From the NCBI GenBank assembly GCA_030390025.1, contig CM059435.1, forward strand, positions 30,070,001 to 30,134,000: 64,000 bases of DNA, read 5' to 3'. The DNA comes from Squalus acanthias (taxonomy: Eukaryota). This document shows positions 12,556 to 26,140 of this stretch, piece by piece. Made by a program: the position numbers and the translations under genes. The first letter of the stretch is position 1, and every line of letters starts with the position of its first letter. The notes below the pieces were generated by a model. It had not been told where the DNA came from. It did not search any database and was given only the letters and a program-made list of their open reading frames with translations.

Positions 12556-13530
12556 CACTGTGGAGGAGGATGCTGTTTACAATATTCATAAACAATGTCT
12601 CAAAACTGCCCTGAGTCTTTTTTAAGTATGGGCCAAAAATATGATATGCCAAGAGCAAATAATTAAAAAATCCTTCGGTTCTCATGGATTATCCTTTTGT
12701 TTTGTGTTCAAATCTCTCCTGATTTGCATCCTGTAACTGGATAATATCTTCCTCATTAACAATGCAACATAAATGGGGAATGAGATATATTATTCATATT
12801 AAAAGATCTTGTCTGCATGAATGCAGTTCAGAGGCGTCCAATAAGATGCAGAACCCGAGACAACTAGTCCTTCAACCAGTTGCATCCCAGAACCATATCG
12901 CCAATTGGATCTCCGAATCATTCTAAATTGTCATGTTTGATTTGTTCTCTTTACGACTGACCTTGTCGCTGACTATACAACTACATATAACACATAAAAA
13001 AAAATATATTGGCAAAACAATATTGGCAAAACAAAGACTGCAAGATGACCTAAGGCAGAGAAAATGAAAGAGAATTAGATGGAGACAAGCAGGGAGACGC
13101 TTGCAAGAAGAGACAATTTACAAAAAAAAAAGTTGCCCTTTGTATATTGTGTCATGGCATTCTGTATAACACACGATGTTTGTTGCGCCCTGGATTTTTT
13201 TTTAAAAGAGAAAATTTAGAAAAATACACAGCTGAAGGAGAGGAGAATGTCACCTGAAAGTAGGATCACTGACTACGGACCGGTTCCAGGACCATCAGGA
13301 CAGAGTGAAAGTCTGGACTACATGTAACCCTGAAACAACAGAGGACTGGAAGCAGGGAATTTGTTAGTGAATTTTAATCCCATTTTTAATTGTAAAAAAA
13401 TTATCTAAAAGGAACTGTGATTTTTGTTGGAAGGGTTGTATTGCTACCGAGTCCAGTTTAAATCCTGTGTTCAAGTATTTGGGTCTCTGAGATGGCATTG
13501 AAGTTTGATTTGCAGTTTTTATATTTGCAG

Positions 13531-13692
13531 GAATTGCTAAAACGAACCCCCAAAAAGCACAGCGATAACTCGGCGGTAGAGAAGGCCTTGCAAGCAATGA
13601 AAGCTGTGTGCACAAATATTAATGAAACAAAGAGGCAGATGGAGAAACTAGAAGCCTTGGAACACTTGCAGTCGTCAATTGAAGGATGGGAG
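13531..13692 (+). CDS. PREX1: PREX1 internal exon, end of DH domain ([54 protein letters not shown])
   Basis: atttgcag acceptor, gtatga donor; 162 nt, phase 0/0; translation matches recalled P-Rex DH C-terminus ([24 protein letters not shown]). Confidence 0.96.
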
Positions 13693-14902
13693 GTATGATT
13701 TACAAAGACTCTGAGGAAGTGACAAGCATTTCCTTGTTAATTGATTTCATTTGAAATGTTCAGGAGTCTATTTTCGAAGTCATTGTTCTGAAGTGCTGGA
13801 AGAAATACTCAATTCTTACATTTGTAAATCCATATACGAAATCCCTTTTTTGATCATGGTTCCATTGACAGTTTTTTCTTTCCGTGAGAAGTTATTCTGC
13901 AGAAGTGCACTAATTTAAAATTCTATAACTAGGTTGACTGAACAGAAGTTTCTTTGTATATGACATTTGCTGGTGGAACCTTCCTTGTGTATCCAATCCT
14001 TGCTGTTTCACAAAACAAATGCAAGATTTAACATTAGTCTAATATCTATATCTACAGTATAAAAACTGGTATTAGATTACACATTTAGCCACTATCTTGC
14101 CAATTTAATCACTTTTTTGAGAGAAATAACATAATTCTAGGTGGGTATTACGATGTACCCTGTCAACAGCACTGTCCTTCCCTAAAATGCCCCAGATACA
14201 CCACAGTATGATGGGTCAATAAGTGCTATTAATCTTTATTAATGTGGCAGCTTAAAATAACAAAACTGTGTACTGTAACATGCAGCAACACTTGTCATTC
14301 TTGTATGACAGTCATTTCTAATGTGAGATTAGTTCTGTTGTGAATGTCCCTTTGTTGAAGAAATGAAGACCTTTGCTGTTTTAGCTAGTGCCTTGCATCA
14401 GTAGCAGCTGCAAAGATGATGTAACCTTCTGACTGAAGGAAGTGCCTTCTCTGCTGTCTTGACTGAATGCTGGGCAGCAAAATGTCCTGCTGAAGATTTC
14501 ATGAGGCAGACCAGACTTATTTAGTCACACAACTGCGAGTGGCAACACTGCTTTATTTTATTACTTGAATAGAGGGATGTCATTCTCTTAAGATTATTAT
14601 TTATGGACATGGGAATAAATCAAATTTACCAACCCTCTCTTCCCCAAAAATGGTAATATCTAACACGAGTAAAATTGAAACCTTTCTGAACTTTTAACTT
14701 TCCTATCATAACTTGAGCTGGTGGATTGAATGTTCTCGTTCCCCATCCCCAATAATTGAAGAAGTGTGTTCCATTGCAAAATATCAAAACTTATTTTGAG
14801 TACGTTTCTGAAGAGAAATAATGTAAAAGCAAAACTAAGAAAAAGTTCTGAATGAGTTTTCTACTAATTTTCATCCACCAAAGATTGTGACTGCATGTGT
14901 GA

Positions 14903-15410
14903 CAACTTGCCTTTAACATAGTAAAATGTCCCAAGGCACTTTGCAGGAAGGAGCGGTATCAAACCAATTTTAACACCGAGCCACTTGAGATATTGGACAG
15001 GTGACCAAAAGCTTGGTCAAAGAGAGTTTTTTAAGGACCGTCGTAAGAGGTAGAAAGGTGGAGAGGTTTAGGGAGGCAATCCAGAGCTTGGGGCCTGGGC
15101 AACAACAGCAACTTGTATTTATATCGAACCTTTAATGTAGTACAGTGGTTCACAGGAGCATTGTCAAACAAAATTTGACAACTGAAGGCACGGCTGCCAA
15201 TTGTGGAGCAATGAAAATTGGGGATGCGGAAGAGGCCAGAATTGGAGGAGCGCAGAGATCGCGGAGGGTTGTCGGGCTGGAGGAGGTTAGAGAGGCTATG
15301 GAAAACCAGGATGGGGGACCGGGAGCCAATGTGAGCATGGGTGATGGGTGAACGGGACTTGGTGCGAGTTAGGATACGGGCAGCAGAGTTTTGGATGAGC
15401 TCAAATTTAG
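14903..15410 (-). mobile_element. L2-clade LINE/SINE 3' fragments (two nested tails)
   Basis: Two caacttg..tttata-type tails; reverse-complement similarity to the plus-strand copy at 34170-34505. Confidence 0.7.
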
Positions 15411-16069
15411 AGGGTCCAAAAAGGGTGCTGGCTGATGCTGGCTTTTACCACCTCACCTACGGGGATACAATTTGTAGAATTTATGCTATGGTTAGCTTGA
15501 AGTTTCATAATATTAGCGGTTAACAGGTCATGTGTGTGTGTGTGTGTGATGGTGCACAATATAGGCCTGTGGTTCTGGCTCGCTCTTGTAACTATGATAG
15601 ACAATGTGGCCTCGTCTATCTGTTTATCCTCATTCTCTCCAGAGGCATTTCAGGATATGTCCGAACAGAATGCTCTTCTTACTTCAGTATTTAAAGTAAT
15701 AATGTAAATTTTGTTCTGCAGTTAGTCATACTACTTGCAGGTTTTACTTGGTAGGGAAATTTGAGGATTTGCAATGAATCTTCCCACTTTCTTCTCTCTT
15801 CTAAATATAAAACATGAAAGTTGGTGTACAGCTGAGATGTGTGGTTGAGAAAATTCAGCTGTGTACTTCCTCATCTGCCGTTAAAAGCCATTTTGAGTGC
15901 AAGAAATGAAAAATGTAGCCAATAATCAGACCATTTTACTGCTTGCAGTTTTTTCGCTATGTACTCCATTAATATTTCTTGTACTTTGCAAAAGTATACG
16001 AGCTAGTGTAAGGTTAAAATCACTAAGTTTACAAAATGCAGAATGTTTCCAATATTTTTTTTTTGCCAG

Positions 16070-16203
16070 GGTTCAAATTTGACAGATATCTGCACTGAGC
16101 TGCTGCAACAAGGACCATTGTTGAAGATTTCAGCTGGAAATATTCAGGAACGCATGTTCTTTTTGTTTGATAACTTGCTGGTGTACTGCAAAAGGAAGTC
16201 CCG
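16070..16203 (+). CDS. PREX1: PREX1 exon, PH domain start ([45 protein letters not shown])
   Basis: ttttgccag acceptor, gtaagt donor; 134 nt, phase 0/2; [25 protein letters not shown] motif. Confidence 0.96.
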
Positions 16204-17631
16204 GTAAGTCATGACTTGGATCTGTCAAACGGCCTCCCAAAGAGTTGCAGAAATTGCTGACTTTCAGCCTCTTTATGCAACTCCAACAGAATTAATTTCG
16301 TTATCATAAACTCAGCCGTGCATTGTGGATTTCACTGCGCTGAGCATCCCCCTCATCTTATTTGAAAGTATGAAATTTGGTGACCTATGGTCGCCAACAT
16401 GAGAACACATTCTGCTCTATCAGCGGAATGTTCTTCTTATGTGCCCCTCCAATCTGGGAATGCTGATTTTAGGGAGAAGTAAATCTAGTCAGCTGTGGGA
16501 TTATTGGCCATGAAGTGCATGATTAGTGTTGTAGTCAACTGGTGGACTTCTCTAGTGAAAGTCAGTCTTGTACTTTTGTCTTTGGTGAAATCACAGTGAA
16601 TCGCAGCAGAAGGAAGGAAACCAATGGTTTCAAGCTGCCTCACCATTTACAGAAGGACTTGGAAATAAAAAGTAGTAACTTCCCTACATTTTCTGCAGTG
16701 CTGATGTGGCATTTGGTTCTAAGTCTACTCAAGATCAGCTGATCATTCCCAACGAAAGGCCTTGTTGTCCAAAGGAACCTTGGTGCGCATTACTCATTCG
16801 AAAGCTTCCTGTTTGTTAATGCTTAGTGGCAAAATAGTTGAGAAACTGGACAAACTTGCTCTATAGAACCTCCTAGTGGCCAGAGCTTACAATTACATTG
16901 ACTGTTGACACAGAAGCATGAATCGGAAATGCTGACATTGTACTTTTACAATTGTAAATGTTGACACAGAAGCATGACAGAAAAAATCCTGATGGGCAAC
17001 AGAAAGTAAGATTTCTGAACAGCATGTGCATACTCTACTCAAGATTGTTAATATATCAGTATGGGAGCAGGTGATTGGGGAGGTTTTCTTTCTTTTGTCA
17101 AATTCCAGAAGAACTGCTGTCGTTGGATTGGTTTGGTGATGCCTTTCAGTCAGAATCCTTTTTGATTTAAACTATTTGCTGCTGAGTCTGATGGCCTCAA
17201 TGGAGACAAGAGTTTGGTTTATCAGTTCAAATGAACTAGGGTATTATGTTATCAGTAAAATAATCTTTTATCTTCCCTTGTATGTAGCTTGAAAGTGCTC
17301 ATTTTCAGTTGCTCAATTTGTTGTAAACTTCAAGCCAATTTGAAACATGAACAGAAGTAGGCCATTTGGCCCACTTAAGCTTCCAAGACAGCTCTGTCTC
17401 TCCAAGCTTAATTGCCTGACTTTTCTCCATATCCCTTAATACTCTTGCTTCCCAAGTAAGTACTTAGCTCCCTTTTAAACACCTCAATTGACTTGACTTG
17501 GGCCTCTGGAAAGCACATCCATATTCTTGTAACCCTTTGTGTGAAGATGTTCTTGGATTTATTTTTAAGCCTGATGATTAAGCTTTGGAATTCATTCTCT
17601 ATTCAAAACGCTTATTTCCTCTTTCTTTCAG

Positions 17632-17747
17632 GGTTGCTGGCAAGAAGTCAACCAAGCGCACCAAGTCTATGAATGGGGCCCAATACATTTTCCGTGGAAG
17701 AATCAACACCGAGGTGATGGAAGTGGAGAATGTTGAAGATGGAACAG
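17632..17747 (+). CDS. PREX1: PREX1 exon, PH basic loop ([38 protein letters not shown])
   Basis: ctttctttcag acceptor, gtatta donor; 116 nt, phase 2/1. The KKSTKRTKS loop is PREX1-type, not PREX2-type. Confidence 0.96.
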
Positions 17748-17859
17748 GTATTAATTTACGTGTCAGTTTACTCTTCTATTGTTTCCCCCCCCCCCCCCCC
17801 CCCTGATCTCCTGAAGATGATTGCTTCCTGGAATATATTTCCATGGATGTTACTCGCCC

Positions 17860-18030
17860 TTTGGTACCTTGCCCAAGTGGCCATTATATTTGAATGTTTA
17901 CCAAATAGCCTCAGTGGCTGGCTATTTGACTGCAGAGGGCTTCAGATCCTACCCAATTCTCGTCTCACTTGATGCCCACACTTGTGCACATCCAGCAAGG
18001 GCTTGATGCTGACATTGGGTGCAACAACTT
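17860..18030 (-). mobile_element. SINE fragment, same family as 44160-44520
   Basis: Reverse complement shares the gggcaaggtac and gtcaaat segments with the plus-strand copy. Confidence 0.45.
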
Positions 18031-19547
18031 CAAACAGTGCATCATTTCCCAGCAGTAAAATTTCTCTCCTTATTGATCACAAACTTTTACTTCACGCTAT
18101 GATTGCAGAAAAGGGGTGCAGCTGGTGAAATTCTTCCTACTCCTGTTCTAAAGGTCACTGACAATCTTCTGGAAAAACAAGCTTTCGGTGTACTTCTCAA
18201 TCTTCAGGTTATGAGCTGGAGAAATTGACTCAGTATCTCCAAATAAAATGAGCTGGTTTTCACGTGCTCAGTGACGTTACATTTTTCCATCCAGCACTTG
18301 TCCAGTCAGATGTTCCAGCCCAGAAACTGAAGGTTGATTAGGTACAGATTCTACAATTTAAAAAATGGTGCTCCAATGTATGGGAGGCGAGGGACTTCTT
18401 CAGCATGGTGCAGCTCATTGTTCACATAGCTTTCTTTGTACTGATTGGAAAAACAACGCTCTTCTTCTCAAATGTTAATTACAACTAATAATAATCGATT
18501 AAAGATTCTCTAGTGGTTTTTTTAAAATCTAGTTTCTGCTCTGCCTATTTATTGCAGAAAGATGAGCAAATAAATTTAAATTGTAGTCCGCTCTACCAAG
18601 GTTGAAGGGCTAACTTGCAATCCGTTTCCTGGCATGTTCTGACTTGAGTTCTCGGAACTTGCCCTGCTATTCAATTAAATAAACGTTGTTGTGGTTTTAC
18701 TTCTCGTTAGTAGCGATACAAATTCTTTCATAACACACTTTTAGAAGTATTCTGCTCAAAGGAGCAAAAAGGTTTTATTACCTTCTGGACAACATTTTAA
18801 TAAATTAATACATTAATTGTCAGTTTGCTGATAGATTAAGCAAGAGTTGAAAACTGATTTATAGAGTTGAGGTACATAGGTTCTTGTTTGAAATATTCAA
18901 CTGACTGTCTGTCTATTCTGTAATAACCAAGCTATAACAGTCTCTACTTAATGTATAGAACTGGCAACCTGATCTGTTTCTGTAACATCAGCATGAAATG
19001 GATCTTTTGCCACGGGCCTATTTCGTACTTGTTTAGCAGCTGTGGTCAAGGCGAACAGCTGACTCTGAGCTTGGAAGCTTAAGACTCAGATGAAAGCCAT
19101 GTACGTCATGAGTTTTCCATCCATTTTTGTGGAATGATCACTTTTACTTTGTGATCTGCATACTTCAGTACTCATCTTTAAATGCCATTTGGAGATTGTG
19201 AATCAGAGAATGCATTCAAAATCAGTCCTACACTGGCTATTTCAGTGAAATTTGGGGTTCACCACAGTGCAGTTTTATCTTGCTTAAGAAATGATGATTA
19301 ATTTCATATTGGGTGATTGGTTTAATTTATGGTGGAATGTTTTTTTTTTTCTTTCCCTCCCTAATTCAGTTGCCAAATAGTCCATTATAGAATGATTACC
19401 TGGTCCAGTCACAAACTAATTTAGATTGCTGTTGCGAACTTCATTACAGAGCCTGTTAACCGCGCAACAATGTGAAACCTGCTTCTGGCTGAAGAGAGAA
19501 AATATTAGATTTTTCAGTTCTAGCAGCATATGCACCAGAAATTTGAT

Positions 19548-19990
19548 GGGGTGGGATTTTCACCGGACTCATTGACTTGTTTCTGACCTTGGAGAACTTT
19601 GGTGGGCTCGGAGTTGTTTCTGCTTGTGCCGGGCAGCCTGCCATGGAGGTTGGGGGTGGGGGAGGGGCAGAAGAGCAGAAGAATTCTGCTGCCAATACTG
19701 GCAAAATCTATCTGAGCAGAGAATGTGCACCTGCGATCGATGGCATTTGAGGGTGTGGGCCCATTAATAAATGTTCTGCACGCTCCCTGGCAGTTGTGGA
19801 ATCCAACTAATATCCATAGAAGTAAGTGTAACGTATGACGTTGCACCATTATTATTGCATTCTTGTAATATTTTTGCGCGGAAATAAACCAGCAGAAAAT
19901 CTGAAAAATGGTGGCAACCTGATGTAACTGCCTGCTGCAGTCCCGCCAGAAAGTTGGCGGCAAAGCCACTGGCACAGGCAGCAAAACCCC
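19548..19990. mobile_element. Putative non-autonomous DNA-transposon relic
   Basis: GC-richer block starting ggggtgggattttc and ending gcaaaacccc, resembling the ends of the element at 62257-63054. Confidence 0.35.
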
Positions 19991-20078
19991 TGTTTGAAGT
20001 GTGTGTCTGCACTGATAAATTTTACATTTCATGGGTGTTTTCTAATGTTCCTTCGCCGGCTCTGTCCATTGTTTGCAG

Positions 20079-20228
20079 CTGATTACCATAGCAACGGCTA
20101 TACTGTGACAAATGGTTGGAAGATCCACAACACGGCCAAAAACAAATGGTTTGTCTTAATGACCAAAACTGCTGAAGACAAACAGAAGTGGCTGGATGCA
20201 ATTCTGAAGGAACGAGAGCAGAGAGAGA
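20079..20228 (+). CDS. PREX1: PREX1 exon, PH C-terminus ([49 protein letters not shown])
   Basis: gtttgcag acceptor, gtgagt donor; 150 nt, phase 1/1. [13 protein letters not shown] is PREX1-diagnostic. Confidence 0.96.
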
Positions 20229-21419
20229 GTGAGTAATTTCTGATCATCATTACTCTTGGTTTACGGAATCATCAATCTTGCTCCACTACATGAGCCAATT
20301 ATGGATGCATGCATACATAACTCATTATTTTCTTGTATGTATTAAGCTAGTTAATTTTCAATGTGCTTATTTAAAGGTTGGATCTAGATGTTTGTTTAAG
20401 GGCCTTCTGTTAAAATTCCTTATTGAATGCAAATATTTCCAAGCATGCTGAGGTTAAATAGCTTTCAAATACAATTTCAGAGTTCTTGCAATGTTTTCCA
20501 AGGTTAGGTAACCAGATTGTAATTATTTTGATGCACGTGTCGAAGGCCAGAGTCTTGACGAGTAGCTGAGAGTAGTATGCCTTTCGGACTTGTACATGTC
20601 TATACATTTCTTTGAACTTGGCGTGTTATAGCTTTGAATATGCCTCCAGTTCAGCAATAGAACTACTTTGGTCCAAGTATGGCAGGCATCTCTTCGGTGT
20701 TTTCCCTCTCCTACCTCCACCCTCACTTCAGACATCATCATAACCTGCACTACAGGATTTGCAACGTTACCAGACATAAAACTACTACGCAATGGTACAA
20801 GTCATATCTGTCGGTGCACAGTGACACCCAGCCATTGATAATGCGTTACCCTTTAAATGGTCTGTCAGGATTCAAATATCTGGGGCTAATGTAATCTCAG
20901 AACATCAAACTTTCTACAAATGTTCCGAATGTAATCAGGCACACCTTTTAATCTTGCTGTTTTCTTTTCGAGTAGCAGCTGCCATGTTGGCAACAGGCAA
21001 AATCATGGGTTTTTGAGGGGAGTGGAGAGTACCACCATCAGCTGGATTCCCAGCTATCAAAAGACATTTACTTATATTAGTATAGTTCAACCTGGAGCAG
21101 AGCAGCTTGTGTGTGGTGCAGCATTAGAAACTGGGACGTGGAAGATGGTGCTGGAGCTGGTGATGGGAGACAGATCTGCTACAGTACCACCAGTGGTGGG
21201 AGGGTTGCAGTTGTCAATCATGATATCTGACATTGGGAAATTCCATGGGAAATGTTGGCCTAGGCATTTCTAATATGAAATATTGATAATGGTTTGACCA
21301 AGAATCCTGCCAATAGGAAGTTGGTAAGCAAGGTTTTGTGGTCAGGAAGTGCATTTCCTATGCAAGATTTAAAAAAAAAAAAAAAATTTTTTTGAAAGCA
21401 GCAGTTGTGCTAATGACCC

Positions 21420-22660
21420 TTGTTCACATTCTCATGTATGGAAACCATCCATCAACCATTACTGTTTTCTGACCTTTTAACTGACTTTTTATTCATGTTG
21501 CCATATTCCTTTTAATATAATGTGCCTTCATTTTATCATTAAGCCTCCTACATGGCACCTTTTCAAACATCTCTTCAAAAATCTATATACACAACCTCCA
21601 CTGAATTTACTTTATCAATTTGTCCTGTTATTTCTTCAAAGAACACCATTAAATTTGTCAGATACACCTTGCCCTTTACAAATCCATATTGGCTGTCCTA
21701 ATTCACTGGTGTCTTTCTAGCTGAGTACTCGTTTTAGCCCATACAAATTTGATCTTACCCACTACCAATGTTGGGGTAACTGATCTATTGTCGCCTAGTT
21801 TATCCCTTTTCGTCTTTTTTGATCAGAGGTGTTAGATTGGCGACCCTTCAATCCTCTGGCATGACTATATCTAAAGGTATTTGAAAGATTGTGTTCAGAG
21901 CCTCTGCTTTTTCTTCTCTGACTTCTACAATGTATGTTACCAGGGCCCAGTGCCTTTTCCATTTTGATTTCCACCAATTTATTCAGTGCTACTTCCTTGT
22001 CAATAGTTATCCTAATGCCAATATCACACAAGAAATTATTTGGACATTTGTCTCATGGCTCTTTGTCACATCTTGTGTGCAAATTGGCTGCTGTGTTTCC
22101 TGACTTTGAAACGGTGACTACGCTTCGAAAGTATTTCATTGGCTGTTATGTGCTTTGGGACGTTCTGTGGTCTTGAAAGGTGCTACATAAAGACAAGTTT
22201 TCCTTTCTATCTTAATTGCTCCATCTCTTGCTCTTGTACTCTTTTATTCCCACTACTGCATTCAGGTGAAAAATTGTGTTCAATTTAGTGTCTCAGCTGT
22301 TCTTTCAACCTCCATAGGAAGACTGCATCTTATTGGTCCCATCTTTTCTTTGACTATTCTTTACTGTTTTGTGTTTATAAAATTATTTACTATTTCCTGT
22401 TACCAGTCTTCTGTCATATACTCTCAGCCTTCCTAACTTTTTTGCTTCCCCTCTATACTTTTTATACTCTTGAATTTCTCTCATTCTCTTTGGTGTTAGT
22501 GACCTAGATTTGCCTCTTGATAGTTTTTTTTACGTATCCTTTTAATGAATTTCTCTACTCGTCCGAGGAACTCTAGCTTTTGCTGCATCCACTTGCGGGG
22601 ATATTTCTCGTTTTCTCAGCAATTTATTTATGATTCCCCTTTTTATCTGGTGGAAATTCT
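21420..22660 (-). mobile_element. Decayed CR1 RT region interrupted by a SINE/L2 tail (about 22070-22200)
   Basis: Resembles 2860-3390 (tccattaa/tcttcaaaa/tttacaaatcc blocks); track ORF 21795..22031 has VALNKLVEIKMEKALGPGNIH. Confidence 0.55.
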
Positions 22661-23877
22661 TTTCTTGGTCAAGTTAAAGAAAGAACTTGTATTTATATAG
22701 TGCATTTCATATTCAGAGGGCATCCAAAATTACTTGACAGCCAATTAATGATTGTTGAAGTATGGCCACTGTTGTGTAGACAGCCAATTTATACATAGCA
22801 ATGAGATAAATGACCAGATCATCTGTTTTAATGCTGTTGTTTGAAGGATAAATGGGGTGGGGGAGATTGAGGAACTAAAAGTAGCTTAGTAGCTACTCCA
22901 GAGGCTTTTCACATACTAAATAGTTTCAGAATAGCTCGTTCTGCAAGCTACATTTACTGTATGTTAAACTAAAGTGGCTCTCATGAGTGCCACTTCCATG
23001 TCATTCTGGCAACAGACTTTGAAAACAGCAGCTCTACATTTTAACTATATATACTGCACCAGGGAAGTCCTGTCTGAACCTATATAATCTCACTTAAAAT
23101 TTGCCTTGCATTTTAGTTTTCAAGCACACAGTATGCCTTTATAATGAATAATTTTAGAACTCTCATGAAGAGAGGAACCAATCAGGTGAAGCCTAATGGA
23201 CTGCAGGTCTGTAAAAATGATTGGAAACACATGGAGATGGAGATGCATTATTCTGTAATCTGATTTTTTTTTTTTCCTAGTGTTTTCAAATCACGCATTT
23301 TCTTAAGCAGTTGGGAATTCAGAAGACTATTACACAAATTGACAGTTAATCAATTAAATTCTTAATGGGACCTAAACCATATGTATCTTGAGATCAAAAA
23401 TTGGCCTTCCAACTTAAAATGGTCTCGGGTGGGGAATATTATCCAGCAAAATAAGTTGATTTGTTTGAAGTAATGCGCCCCACCTGGGACCATTTTGCAC
23501 TGGGAAGCTATCCACGTAGAAGTTAACTTGGAAGCAGAGTGGGTAAAGTGCTGCATTTGTGTGTGGATAAAATGCAGTACATGTTGGATTAGTCAGCAGT
23601 ACCTCACAGTCTTGAATTTGAGGCAGCTTTCTGTCTCAGTAAAGTACGAAACTTGGTTGATTTTTGAGTTGAATTTTCTTCATTGCTTTGTTTTAATTTT
23701 GCATCTGTAACCGTTTAAAATGCAGCTGTCACTATAGTTGTGAATGTGCTAATGAAAATGGCGTGTGTGCGCGTGTGTGTGTGATGCAGTCCATCTGGAA
23801 TAAGCTCTGTAGTGAAAAAGTTGCTGGTGTATTCAGAGGACAAGTTCACGCACCATGTTCCTGAATGTGTACCAACA

Positions 23878-25120
23878 GTAACTTGCATTTATATAGCATC
23901 TTTTAATACAATGAAAGTCCCAAGGAGCTACAGGTAGGATAACGTGAATGCCGAGTGGTAGTACAAGACATAGACGAAAGCAGTGTTGAGAAGATTGATT
24001 TTTGAGAAGGCATTTTAAGAAGAGAGCAGTAGAAAGGCAAAGATTATGGAAGGAGTTCTAAAGCATAGGCTTTTACAGCTGAAGGTTCCACGATCGATAG
24101 AGGGTCAAAGTCAGTGGGCTGAAGGGAACAGGTTTCGATGCAAGGCTGGAAAAGTTTGCAGAGCTAGTATGGGTTGTGCGCATGCAGAGATTTGTAAGCC
24201 AGGATGAAGATTTTGAACTCTTGAGTTAGGGGGCAGGAAACCTGTGGAAGTTGACGAGTATGGATGTAAAATGCACATGACCTAGTGTGGGGTTTGATGC
24301 AGGTGGCAGAGTTGGTATAGGATAGAGCTTGGGAGTTTGTCTTTGGGGGAAAAGTCTGAAGGTCAGCAAAAGCTTTGTGAGTTTCGGTGGTAGAATGTTG
24401 GAGTGGCAGAGGTGGGCAGTGTTGCAGAATTAAGCTATCTTGCTGATGGTTAAGATACGAGGTTTGGCGTTCCACTTAGTCGAGCAGAATATGGAATTTC
24501 ACACGGTTCAGCCTGATTGAGCGGAGGGTGGGGGGGGGGGGAAGAAATGGGATGGATTCAGTTTTCTCTTTATATTTCGAGAAAATTATGGCTGAAGCAT
24601 GCGGTTGTGGAGTTGACGATGTTGCCTGTCCACGAGCCAGGTTTCAGTCGAGATGTCAACGCAGAATTTTGATCCGAGATCACATTGAGAATGAGGGCCT
24701 TGTTCAAATGTCTGGAGGGCAATACCTTCCTGGGGATTCAAAGTGAGGAGAAAGTATAACAGGACAGGGAGGAGGTTAGAGGTGTTAATTCCCAGCATAT
24801 GAACTGGGTAGGATTGCCATTGGGAAAGAGAAGTGAGGCAGTAGGGAAGGCTGCTGCTTCAGGAGAGATAGGGTCAGTGGTGGTCAGATATCTGGGTTAG
24901 ACTGAATGGTGATGGTCTGTTTGTTTCAGGATCCAGGGTTTGGTTGAGAAGCATGGGCCAAGTTTAAGTATCGGGGAGCTGGATCTGGTTGGTGTACGGA
25001 GGGTGCTCTGAGCTGTCCAGTGGTTGGAGAAACAGAGACTCGCAGCTAGGTTGTGCTCAGCCATACTTTTTGTTTTCTTGGACCAGTCAGTGTATGTGTG
25101 GCACTCAACCCTCTGAGGCA
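23878..25120 (-). mobile_element. Decayed L2 LINE 3' portion
   Basis: aacttgcatttatatagc tail at 23880; minus-strand QEFKIFILAYKSLH (L2 ORF2 C-terminal motif). Boundaries approximate. Confidence 0.6.
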
Positions 25121-26140
25121 CAGTAGCTGCTGTGCAGGTTTACTGTGATTTTTCTTGTTTCCTTATGCCATTTTCCGATGTGGATTCACCCTGCAGACTT
25201 GTGCAATTTCTCGCAAAGAATTTCACTCCTCATGAAATGATCTCTGCTTCAATTTCAGTATCCTAGAACTTATTTGTATCCACAGAAACCTCCTGCATCC
25301 TGTGCGAACTCTGGTTGGTGTTGTCTGACTTAGAGTTCTCTGACTTCGATTTACCCATGTTCCTGAATCCTGTCTGTTGAATGCATGTAGTATTCCTCAT
25401 GCAAGAACCTTTGCTTCACTGCGTTTCATCTTGTGTTCCTTCTTTGTCCAATCTGTCAGATTTCTGGAAACCTTAACATTTATGTTACTTTTTTTTATCG
25501 CTACATGGGATAATCATTGATTTTCCCAAGATATCAGAGAAAGATAAATCAATGACTATTCTTTACATTTGATGTGTACTTTGTGATTCAAGCATAGACT
25601 CCATTGTGCATGGGTGACATGAGAAAGAAGAGAGAATGCAGTCAATCATTGCTTTTTTTTTCTGATTGCATTATATGCAGCGAGATGGCTTTATAAATTT
25701 TAAATACTTTATGTATTGCTCCTCCTCCAGATAGTTTACTTTAAGGTTGTGATCGGTGCGTTTGGTAAATCAGACGACGTCCCTTCTGTACCAATTTAAA
25801 ATTAGTTGAAAAAAGCTAAAGTAAGAAGTATTGGTTGTCATTTACCTTCACAGGCCTCTCAGAACTTGGCCAACCAAAAGCAAAGAACTTGATCAGAAGA
25901 GTGATGGCATTGGCAATCACCACACGTGTGTTGTCTAAATATTTGCTAGGCCATAATTTTTATTTTTGTTTAAAAAGTTTGTAAAATTTGCACCAAACAG
26001 TTGCTTAGCACTGACCTTTAGTCACATGTTTAATTGGAGTGCATGTGGTCTGCTAGGTCATGTCAGGGAGTTGACCAGAACTATTGGAAGTGGAATTACT
26101 TTGCAAATTAGTACTTGTGGACTGGGCATTATTACAGGAT

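Noticed and set aside
11805-12558. 206-aa and 225-aa ORFs
   Set aside because: Mostly X residues from the N gap.
13007-13034. 14-bp tandem duplication TATTGGCAAAACAA (similar events at 63698-63725 and about 6766-6812)
   Set aside because: Ordinary slippage micro-duplications; two units only and no spacers, so not CRISPR-like.
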